37,747 bases of DNA, taken from assembly GCA_964016885.1 (NCBI GenBank), contig CAXHJY010001726.1, forward strand, positions 1 through 37,747, read 5' to 3'. The DNA is from Eledone cirrhosa (lineage: Eukaryota). This document shows positions 25,401 to 37,355 of this stretch, piece by piece; positions within the stretch are counted from its first letter, which is position 1, and each line of letters starts with the position of its first letter. Made by a program: the position numbers and the translations under genes. The notes beneath the pieces are model-generated. The model did not search any database and had not been told where the DNA came from. It was given only the letters and a program-made list of their open reading frames with translations.

Positions 25401-25565
25401 GTAGGTCCCGGGTTGAGTCGGGGATAACCACAGTAAGTAAGGTACTCAATACATGGCAGAGTAAAAATTTTTTATTTTATAGAAGGAGCTTCTACAGGAC
25501 TAGTACTGTTTCATTCAGATGAAACAGTACTAGTCCTGTAGAAGCTCCTTCTATAAAATAAAAAA
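25401..25565 (-). mobile_element. Family A element, truncated within the hammerhead and folded back (perfect 47 bp inverted repeat)
   Basis: Arms 25468-25514 and 25519-25565 are exact reverse complements around a TCAG loop. 25401-25467 is an unpaired tail. Homologous to 4730-4836 and flanked by (TA)n on both sides. Confidence 0.8.
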
Positions 25566-25884
25566 AATATATATATATATGTGTGTGTGTGTGTATTTAT
25601 GGATATACATATATACATGCACACATATATATCCATTTCTATATATATATACTTATAGAAAAATGCATATATATACAAATGTATACAACTACATATACAT
25701 ACATACATACATGCATACACATACATGTATACATTCATACAGATATTTGCGCCAAAAAAAATATATAGATGTACATATATATTGACTCACACACATATAT
25801 AAACACTAAAATTTTACATGCACGCATTGCTTCCTATATATATATATATACACACACATATATATACACATATATATATGCATA

Positions 25885-25926
<42 letters not shown>

Positions 25927-25952
25927 TATATATATGTGTATATATATATTAA

Positions 25953-26002
<50 letters not shown>

Positions 26003-26202
26003 CATATGTATATATATATATATATATGTGTATATGTATATATATATATATATACATATGTATATATATATATACATATATATACATAGAATATTCTTGT
26101 ACATGGAGGTATAGACATACATGAATGTAATCTTACGAACAATAAATCCGGTTTTCATATGCGCATGCTCAGTCACGCATATATCAAATAGTTATACCTG
26201 TG

Positions 26203-26263
<61 letters not shown>

Positions 26264-26388
26264 TATATTTGTACATGTATACTGACGCATATATAGATAG
26301 ATAGATAGAGAGAGAGATAAATGTATGTATAATATTACATGTGAGTACACCTATGTATCCTACAACTATATATATACATACATCTTTA

Positions 26389-26449
<61 letters not shown>

Positions 26450-26523
26450 GTGTGTGGGTGTGTAAATTTCTACTCATATATTTATGAATATATATAACTA
26501 TATGCATGTGTGGAATAGTTGAA

Positions 26524-26559
<36 letters not shown>

Positions 26560-26689
26560 TAAATACCTATGTATATAGGTACACATCTTTAACATTTTCA
26601 TATATACGACACGACGATTCTGTCACGCCACCCCACACACCCACAACACAATCACCCACCCACCCATATACTTACATGTATACATAACT

Positions 26690-26700
26690 ACATATATCTT

Positions 26701-26742
<42 letters not shown>

Positions 26743-26768
26743 TATATGAATATATAACTACATATATA

Positions 26769-26804
<36 letters not shown>

Positions 26805-26830
26805 TATATGAATATATAACTACATATATA

Positions 26831-26866
<36 letters not shown>

Positions 26867-26933
26867 TATATAACTACATATACGTTCATATATATATGTA
26901 TATATATATTCATATATAACTACATATATATTC

Positions 26934-26960
<27 letters not shown>
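26690..26960. repeat. Short minisatellite anchored by TATATAACTACATATATA with (TA)n spacers
   Basis: The anchor recurs about 4 times. Confidence 0.8.
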
Positions 26961-26968
<8 letters not shown>

Positions 26969-27266
26969 TGTCTCTATACGAATTTATACATATGTGTATG
27001 TTGTGTGTGGATGTGTGTGTCGTGATCCATTTACAAAAGACCAGCCCGTAAGCAAAAGAGAGCGGTAACCGTGGAAGACAATTTGACTGTAACAATGGCG
27101 GTGTATTCCGTTCACACAAGATGGTTTCCTTTCATGGCGGCCATTTTGGTTCTCATCCTTATGAAGAAAACTCTTCCTTTCTGAGCGGAAGGTTGACAAT
27201 GAGTAGTACAAGTTCATCTTTCAGATGAGAACTTGTCTTATTTATATTTATATATACATATATTTA

Positions 27267-27304
<38 letters not shown>

Positions 27305-27345
27305 TGAATAAATATATATATATATATATAGATATATAAATATGA

Positions 27346-27382
<37 letters not shown>

Positions 27383-27496
27383 TATATAAATATATATATA
27401 TTTATAGATAGATTTATATATAAATAGAAGTATATAGATAGATAGATATATAGAGAGAAAAATAGAAATATATACATATTTAAATAGATACTTGTT

Positions 27497-27568
<72 letters not shown>

Positions 27569-27709
27569 TATGTAGGTAGGTATGTAATAGGTATCTATGT
27601 ATATTTATTTTTGTTTAAATTTCTTTATTATACATGTTTATTTTTTTTTGTTTCGCTTAACATTATACGTATTTTTTTTTCTTGTAATTTTCATAAGTAT
27701 TGGTAAATC

Positions 27710-27752
<43 letters not shown>

Positions 27753-27971
27753 TTTTTATTATCAGATGAGTATTTGGCGGAGGAATTATATATATTGTAT
27801 GTGTGGGTCGGTGTGTATATATATATATGTATGTGTGTGTCTGTATATATGTGTGTATTTGTGTGTATGTATATATATATTTTGTGTGAATATATGTGTA
27901 TATATATATATATATATACTGTATGTGAATATGCATATATGTTGTGTGTGTATGTGTATAGTATGCGTGTT

Positions 27972-28031
<60 letters not shown>

Positions 28032-28058
28032 AATATATTTATACACACACATACACGC

Positions 28059-28092
<34 letters not shown>

Positions 28093-28608
28093 GTATATAG
28101 ATATATATAGAGAGAGGGAGTGAAATACATATATACATACAAATATATATATACAGATATATATACGTATATATATATGAATATATATATACATATATAT
28201 ATATATACACACATATATACACATTTATATATACACACACACACACGCACACACACACGCATATATATATATATATATATATACAATACATGAATATAGG
28301 TACACGTATATTTGTAGAGAAACAAAATGAATTCTGGTGATAGATAAGTCAATTCACAAATATACAAAGCTCGACGCAAGCTTACAAATATACTCATGTC
28401 TATATAGTATTGTATTTGGGGCTTTGCGCATGTGCAACTCTTTGACGTTGTGCATCTGTTATATATATATATATATATACATATATATGCACACACATAT
28501 ATATTTGTGTGTTTGTGAGTTCATGTATATATATATATATATATATAAATATATATGTAAGAATCTCTGAATGTATGTATTTCATATATTTATATATATA
28601 TATATATA

Positions 28609-28888
28609 TACGATATTAAATAAATGGAAACTATATTTATAAAACCATATTTATTTCATTATATATATTTCAGGGATATCATATTAACAATATGCTATGC
28701 CTTCCTCAGACAAAATACAATATAAACAGTTTTATAGATAAATAGATTTGACATACCGTACAATATGGTTTTATAAATATAGTTTCCATTTATTTAATAT
28801 CGTAAATATACTCCAAATACTTGTCGAGTGCTTTTATATCAGTTATAAATATTTACTAGTTGTAACCCAACAATTTAAATATAACTTT

Positions 28889-28890
<2 letters not shown>
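28609..28890. mobile_element. Hammerhead-bearing element, family B, copy 1 (inverted segment plus tailed segment)
   Basis: Perfect 43 bp inverted repeat at 28609-28651 / 28762-28804, then a tail at 28805-28890. Homologous to 34686-35120 and flanked by (TA)n. Confidence 0.78.
28652..28717 (-). ncRNA. Type I hammerhead ribozyme motif with palindromic mini stem III
   Basis: Minus strand: UAUUUUGU-CUGAGGA-AGGcAUAgCAUAUU-guu-AAUAUGaUAUcCCU-GAA-AUAUAUAU-A-AUGAAAUA. Stem I is 8 bp (two G.U pairs), stem II is long, and the triplet is AUA (cut between 28660 and 28659). Confidence 0.8.
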
Positions 28891-28942
<52 letters not shown>

Positions 28943-29091
28943 ATGTGTGTGTGTGTGTCAGCAATTATGGGGGCGAGCAAGATAGATCCTGGCGTGTGGG
29001 GCAACATAACTGAAGATGAGAATTTAATGATTATGGGATGAGATTGTGTGTGTATGTGTGTGCGTGTGTGTGTGTCTGTGTGTGTGTGTGC

Positions 29092-29335
29092 CAGAAATGG
29101 CGGTGGCGGAGTTTTCATACACTTTAATTAACACTCGTGTCACTCCCTCGTTAATTACCATTAATTATCTTCGTAAACAAAGAAACAATAGTTCTATGAA
29201 ACGATTATGAAAATGGCGAACGCTGACCGTACGCCGGCTTGTTGTTGCAAGCTGCAAGAACGCGGCGTTGTCTGTTATTAAAATACTCGAATAAACTCGG
29301 TCGTATGTGACCCACGAGTCGGCAAATTGTGGAGA
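29092..29335. promoter_or_regulatory. Candidate cis-regulatory island (CpG-containing, clustered TF-like motifs)
   Basis: TAATTA at 29125, 29152 and 29162; GTAAACA at 29173; AACAAT at 29184; AAAATGGCG at 29210. Motif matches only. Confidence 0.3.
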
Positions 29336-29635
29336 GTTGCCTGTGGGAATCGAACTAGCATCTACCCTAAACCACACGGTTGTCTTACCTTTCTGTCTAT
29401 ATTTCTTTCCTCCAGCAATACCTTTGTTTGTTTATGATTCTCTTATCCATCCTGTTGACTCCTGCGTATAATTTACACAGGTACAGATGCTGTGCCCCGG
29501 GGTTTTTTTTGGGGGGGGGGGGGGGGGGGGGGGTTAGGATAGATCGACTTTCGTGAGATAGGACCGAGGAAACAATGTTTCCGTTGGTCTTTCCAATTGA
29601 TAATACTATCTATCGGTTGCAACTCCAGATAGAAG

Positions 29636-29665
29636 GTGCAATGTGAAATAAAGTGTCTTGCTCAA
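29636..29665 (-). mobile_element. CORE-like SINE fragment abutting the 48 bp minisatellite
   Basis: GCAATGTGAAATAAAGTGTCTTGCTCAA matches 960-987 with one mismatch. Confidence 0.75.
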
Positions 29666-30752
29666 CCTGATCCAGACAAAAGCACTGGCTCAAGTGCTGG
29701 TCTCGGCGTTCATGTACCTGATCCATACAACACTGGCTCAAGTGCTGGTCTCCGCGTTCATGTACCTGATCCATACAACACTGGCTCAAGTGCTGGTCTC
29801 GGCGTTCATGTACCTGATCCATACAACACTGGCTCAAGTGCTGGTCTCGGCGTTCATGTACCTGATCCATACAACACTGGCTCAAGTGCTGGTCTCGGCG
29901 TTCATGTACCTGATCCATACAACACTGGCTCAAGTGCTGGTCTCGGCGTTCATGTACCTGATCCATACAACACTGGCTCAAGTGCTGGTCTCGGCGTTCA
30001 TGTACCTGATCCATACAACACTGGCTCAAGTGCTGGTCTCAGCCTTCATGTACCTGATCCATACAACACTGGCTCAAGTGCTGGTCTCAGCCTTCATGTA
30101 CCTGATCCATACAACACTGGCTCAATTGCTGGTCTCGGCGTTCATGTACCTGATCCATACAACACTGGCTCAAGTGCTGGTCTCGGCGTTCATGTACCTG
30201 ATCCATGCAACACTGGCTCAAGTGCTGGTCTCGGCGTTCATGTACCTGATCCATACAACACTGGCTCAAGTGCTGGTCTCCGCGTTCATGTACCTGATCC
30301 ATACAACACTGGCTCAAATGGTGATCTCGGCGTTCATGTACCTAATCCATACAACACTGGCTCAAGTGCTGGTCTCGGCGTTCATGTACCTGATCCATAC
30401 AACAGTGGCTCAAGTTCTTGTCTCGGCGTTCATGTACCTGATCCATACAACACTGGCTCAAGTGCTGGTCTCGGCGTTCATGTACCTGATCTATACACCA
30501 CTGGCTGAAGTGCTGGTCTCGGCGTTCATGTACCTGATCCATGCAACACTGGCTCAAGTGCTGGTCTCGGCGTTCATGTACCTGATCTATACACCACTGG
30601 CTCAATTGCTGGTCTCGGCGTTCATGTACCTGATCCATGCAACACTGGCTCAAGTGCTGGTCTCGGCGTTCATGTACCTGATCTATACACCACTGGCTGA
30701 AGTGCTGGTCTCGGCGTTCATATACCTGATCCATACAACAGTGGCTCAAGTG
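29666..30752. repeat. 48 bp minisatellite, about 22 copies (CCTGATCCATACAACACTGGCTCAAGTGCTGGTCTCGGCGTTCATGTA)
   Basis: Exact 48 bp period with few substitutions and no spacers. Gives 16-aa repeating ORFs in several frames. Confidence 0.97.
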
Positions 30753-30789
30753 ACTGTGTCTATGACCAGTGTATATAGATCACAGACAC

Positions 30790-32145
<1,356 letters not shown>

Positions 32146-32177
32146 ATTAATTTTTATGGTTGAATCACCAGGATCTA

Positions 32178-32574
32178 CATCATCATCATCATCATCATCA
32201 TCATCGCCCCCCCCCCCACCCACCACCACCACCATCATCACCACCATCATCATCTTTATTACCATTCTTATCGCCTTCATCATCATCATTATCATCTACA
32301 ACATCCACATACCTCATCCTTGTCATTATTACAACCACCGCCATCATCGTCATCATCATCATCATCATCACCACCACCATCGCCGCCATCATCATCATCA
32401 TCGCCATCGCCATCTTCGTCATCGTCATTGTCGTCATCATCGACTATAATATCCGACCACTCCTCCAGTCTAACTTGTCACCACTTCCGCTACTTCCACC
32501 ACATCCGGTACTTCCGTCTTACTAATATTCGCGTTGCCGCCGCCGCCGCCGCCACCGAATTTACCTTCACGATC

Positions 32575-32605
<31 letters not shown>

Positions 32606-33210
32606 ACAACAAAACCACTACTATCACCATCATCAACAAGACCACCATCAACAACACTATCGCCGCAACCAACACCACCACCACCACCGACAGCAGTATC
32701 ACCACGCCATTAACCCAACCAACAACACCACCAACACTCTCGCCGCAACCTACACCACCACCACCAACTCCACCACCACGACAACTACCACCATAACACC
32801 ACCTCTTACCACCACCAACACCACCTACACCACCACCACCGACAGCAGTATCACCACACCATTAACACAACCAACAACACAACAACACTCTCGCCGCAAC
32901 AACACCACCACCACAACTCCACCTACCACCACAACTACCACCTATTAACACCACCACTACCACCACCACCACCACCACCACTCACCACCGACAGCAGTAT
33001 CACCACAGCATTAACACACCACCACCACACCACCGCTTCACTAAAATCACTACCACTAACATGACCACCAACATTACACAACCAACGCCAATAACCACAT
33101 CTAACACACCTACCACCTCCATCAACACTACCACCATCAATACACCACACAACAACACTATCACCACTATCACCACACCTAACAGCACTACCACAACACC
33201 ACCACCAGCC
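32178..33210. repeat. (CAT/CAC/AAC)n triplet tract with an internal about 150 bp repeat
   Basis: ACCACCGACAGCAGTATCACCAC occurs at about 32683, 32834 and 32984. Confidence 0.88.
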
Positions 33211-34302
33211 ATGCTGTAATGTCCAAAAACCTTGTGTCTCACAAAGTAGTTACATATTCCTCTAGAAATAGCACCAAATCCCTTCAAAGTATATATATAT
33301 ATATATATACATATAATTGCTGTTTATGTATATACATGTATAATATATGTATATATAATATTTATCAATAAGTAAATTATTTATAAATTTATTGAATGAT
33401 AAATCATGAATCGCAAATTGAAAATATTTGACGCCATTTGAATTGCATAAATTGTATATATATATACATAATACCACACACACAGACACACACACACACA
33501 TACATACATACATACACAGACACACATACATACATACATACAAGACACACTTAATATACACACACATTACACTACTTAATACACACACACACACACTAAT
33601 TACCATCATACATACATCATACATACAACACTAATAGACACACTAACACACACACACTTACCCCACGTCTGTGTCCCGCGAGCTTATGTCTCACCTTATT
33701 GCCGAATATGAGACAACGGACGGAGGAAGAAGGATTTGGAAATTGCAGGAAGGGTAGAACGGATGGAAAAAAATGAAAATTGAACTTAGAATGCTTTCCC
33801 ATTTTAAACGTCTTCGCTTTCCTTGTCTTTATTATCACCATCATTATTTTCACCTCTTAATTACAAACTAATTTCATCTTCCTGCGACCAACACCTCTTA
33901 ATTACCAAGCCCTATTCCAACTCCTAATACCCACCTGTACACTCACAGATCTCTATCCTTCACACATATTACACCCACTCAATTTCATTCGCTCCACCCC
34001 TCCTCAGCCATCTATATTTCACCAATATCATCCCATCAACTTCACCTACTTAAATGTACTGACACTAATATCTTTGTACTAGTTAATATTCACATTAATA
34101 TATACACACTATGCACACTTAAATAAGCACACATACATACATATATGCACACATATATATATACATATATACACATAATTACATACACATACATATCTCG
34201 ATCAAAAGAACTCTTAATACACACACATTTCTCTACCCACAACAACAAAAAAAAGCTGAATTTGGTGGCTGAATTGCTGCAGCCTTCTTTAATATATATA
34301 TG

Positions 34303-34544
34303 ACACAGAGGAGACAGGGGTTAGCTGGACATGGTCACCGACATCCAGAGTTGACATTGCACTCAGTGCTCCTGTGGGAGCCCCTACATGGACACACTAG
34401 AAGAGGAAGACCAAGGTTACGTATGTTGATGCCCTAAGGACAGACACTGGTCTGCTGGACACGCAGGACATGGCAGCGATAATGAGGGACAGAGACCGCT
34501 GGAGAGAACTCGTCCATGGATCTCGGGAATTTTACCCGCCCTAG
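34303..34544 (+). mobile_element. 5'-truncated 3' end of an RTE-clade (RTE/RTE-X-like) LINE ORF2, with one frameshift
   Basis: Translates TQRRQGLAGHGHRHPELTLHSVLLWEPLHGHTRRGRPR /frameshift near 34417/ TYVDALRTDTGLLDTQDMAAIMRDRDRWRELVHGSREFYPP*. This matches the RR-x-x-(L/F)AGH...W.P..G...RGRP...Y.D......G......M.DR..WR C-terminal signature of RTE-type ORF2. The TAG at 34542-34544 is followed by an AT-repeat tail. Confidence 0.85.
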
Positions 34545-34726
34545 ATATATACTATATATATATATACTTTATTAAATACCAGACTAAGGTTAGCGAGACT
34601 CTGCTTTCATCCTAACGGATGATATGAACTAATAAAGTCAATCTGTCAATTTATTACTATATATATATATTATATATATATATATTACGATATTAAACAA
34701 ATGGAAACTATATTTATAAACCATAC

Positions 34727-34788
34727 TATTCATTATACATATTTCAGGGATACCATATTAAAGATATGCATCCTTCTTCAGATAAATA
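34727..34788 (-). ncRNA. Type I hammerhead ribozyme motif (left arm of the palindrome)
   Basis: Minus strand: UAUUUAU-CUGAAGA-AGGaugcauauc-uuu-aauaugguaucCCU-GAA-AUaug uAU-A-AUGAAUA. The core is intact, stem I is 7 bp, and stem II has small indels. Confidence 0.72.
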
Positions 34789-34927
34789 CAATTATATAAG
34801 CATTTTTATAAATAAATTTGACGTACCATAAATATTGATCATAAATATTGATCAACTTCCACTTCGCACATGGAAGTTGATCAATATTTATGGTACGTCA
34901 ATTTATTATACAACTGCTTATATATTG

Positions 34928-34993
34928 TATTTTATCTGAAGAAGGCATGCCATATTTTTAATATGGTATCCCTGAAATATGTATAATGAAATA
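34928..34993 (+). ncRNA. Type I hammerhead ribozyme motif (right arm of the palindrome)
   Basis: UAUUUUAU (34928-35), CUGAAGA (34936-42), AGGcAUGCCAUAUU-uuu-AAUAUGGUAUcCCU (34943-73), GAAA (34974-77), U-augu-AU, A (34985), AUGAAAUA (34986-93). Stem I is 8 bp, stem II is 13 bp, and the triplet is AUA. Confidence 0.83.
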
Positions 34994-35257
34994 GATATGG
35001 TTTTATAAATATAGTTTCCATTTGTTAATATCGTATATCTACTCCAAAACTTTTGAGTGCTTTATATCAGTTATAAAATATTTACTTGTTGTACCCAACA
35101 ATTTTAAATAAAACTTTTGCATATATAATGTTACTATTGTTATACTTGGTGGGTCATATTGTTGTAATAATTTGTAATAATATTACAGAAATAATAACAG
35201 ATATATATATACTATTATAATGAATTAATGCCGTACACTAGATATGAGCTTTATATA

Positions 35258-35603
35258 TATGGTTCAACCCAGAGAGCAGAGAGCCTAAACAAGGCATTCT
35301 AGCTGAGGTTTCACCATCTTCCCGTTCAACGGTGGCAAACCCCTCGTCTGGATGCCACTTGCAGCGACACTTCCTCCAGCCGCAACCTAGTGCAGTCTGC
35401 AACTAACCAGGTTCTGCTGCACGTCGAGCTGAGGAGGCCAACTCTCCAAACACCGCTCGCTCCCCGACAGGCGTGCGGTCGTGCCCTTGGCAGTGGAGAA
35501 TTCTGGTGTCCTGGCCCTAGGGTTACCTCGCTCCCTACCCACCACCATAGGCCGCTGAAGATAGCCAGCTGCTGTGAGCCTCGCGGTTTGAATGTCTCGT
35601 CAG
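35258..35603. other. GC-rich unique island contiguous with the about 97 bp array; probable transposon-derived (UTR-like) sequence
   Basis: Sharp GC increase with AT-rich flanks and no recognisable protein motif. It runs seamlessly into the first repeat unit. Confidence 0.35.
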
Positions 35604-36382
35604 CGCATCTCCCCTTACCATCCTCGGGGAAACGCCTTTATCCGTCCTGTCCGCCGGGCTGTAGGGGAGGCCAGCCCGTGGGGACCCCATTTGCTCTACC
35701 ATACTAATTATCTCCTTAACATCCTCGAGGAAACGCCTTATCCATCCTCTCCGCCGGGGCTGTGGGGGAGGCCAGCCCGTGGGACCCCATTTGCTCACCA
35801 TACGCATTATCTCCCTTACATCTCCGGAACGCTTCTCCAACCTGTCCGCCGGGGCTGTAGGGGAGGCCAGCACGTGGACCCCATTTGCTCACCATACGCA
35901 TTATCTCCCTTACCATCCTCCGGGAAACGCCTTCTCCAACTGTCCACCGGCTGTAGGGAGGCCAGCCCGTGGACCCATTTGATACCACACTAATTATCTC
36001 CTCTTACCATCCTCCGGGAAACGCCTTCTCCATCCTCCGGGCGTGGGAGGCCAGCACGTGGGACCCATTTGCTATACCACACTAATTACACCTCTTACCA
36101 TCCTCCGAGGAAACGCCTCTCTATCCTGTCCGCCGGGCTGTAGGGGAGGCCAGCCCGTGGGACCCCATTTGCTACCACACTAATTATCTCCCTTACATCC
36201 TCCGGGAAACGCCTTCTCTATCCTGTCCGCCGGGCTGTAGGGGAGGCCAACCGTGGGACCCCATTTGCTAACCACACTAATTACACCTCTTACCATCCTC
36301 CGGGAATACGCCTTCTCCAACTGTCCGCCGGGGCTGTAGGGGAGGCCAGCCCGTGGGACCCCATTTGCTCACCATACGCATT
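35604..36382. repeat. GC-rich tandem repeat, about 95-100 bp unit, 8 copies
   Basis: The GGACCC(C)ATTTG anchor occurs at about 35682, 35782, 35876, 35971, 36061, 36160, 36257 and 36356. Each unit contains GGGCTGTAGGGGAGGCCAGCCC and CCATCCTCCGGGAAACGCCTT. Confidence 0.93.
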
Positions 36383-36676
36383 AATAGCAATACAATTTAC
36401 AATATAACTATTATAAATAAACCTACTTTCATTAATATTTATGTTAATGGCCGCCTTGAAATAAACAGAATGGAATAATTAAAATATATATGAATAATAC
36501 ACAGAATTGTGGCCAGCGCTACTACTAATACCACCACCACTACAACAACCACTTTACCACCACCATAACCACTACCTTTACCACATACGCCGCCCCTACA
36601 TACACATCTAGGACTGTCCGGTAAATGTGAGGACAATCACCATAATCATAATCGTAAAAATAGTGTTTATAATGAT

Positions 36677-36679
<3 letters not shown>

Positions 36680-36709
<30 letters not shown>

Positions 36710-36873
36710 CTAATATACTATATATATACGCATGGTGTGTATACTATATATATGTAATATATACATATATATTAGTGGCGTGGTGGAGTGGTTTTCAGTG
36801 GACGAGTATCGTGGGTATTAACTCCCTCCTTCCTTTCGAACCGATCATTTTTGTTATAAAATAAATATTCCTA

Positions 36874-36908
<35 letters not shown>

Positions 36909-36972
36909 AATGTATATATTTATATACATTTATATATATATATATATATATATATGTATTTATATATATGTA

Positions 36973-37009
<37 letters not shown>

Positions 37010-37133
37010 CATGTATATATGTATATATGTGTGTGTATGTGTTTATATCTTTATATATATATGTATAACGTGTTTTGTATATATCTGTTTATAGACATAT
37101 CTATATATATATATATGTATATATATATATACA

Positions 37134-37196
<63 letters not shown>

Positions 37197-37302
37197 CATA
37201 TATATGTTGATATTTATTTATATATATGTATATATATATATGGTTATATTGATATATATTTACATATATTTATATATATATATATGTTTATATATATATA
37301 TG

Positions 37303-37354
<52 letters not shown>

Positions 37355-37355
37355 G
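36680..37355. repeat. (TA)n-rich microsatellite field
   Basis: Seen directly. Confidence 0.9.

Larger units (their letters stand above)
34686..35120. mobile_element. Hammerhead-bearing element, family B, copy 2: about 350 bp imperfect palindrome plus about 85 bp tail
   Basis: Arms 34686-34861 and 34871-35035 surround the loop CTTCGCACA. The tail at 35036-35120 matches 28805-28890. Confidence 0.8.

Noticed and set aside
26158-26173. NRF1-like TGCGCATG motifs (also near 28425)
   Set aside because: Isolated short matches are expected by chance in alternating purine-pyrimidine-rich DNA.
29511-29533. Long poly-G run as a functional G-quadruplex
   Set aside because: It is a simple homopolymer of uncertain true length with no supporting context.
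29666-30752. CRISPR array
   Set aside because: The units are contiguous with no unique spacers, there are no cas genes, and the context is eukaryotic.
35435-35590. Two CTGA(G/A)GA motifs with flanking complementarity
   Set aside because: The second core strand reads CAAA or GAGC instead of GAAA, and there is no valid stem III with NUH.
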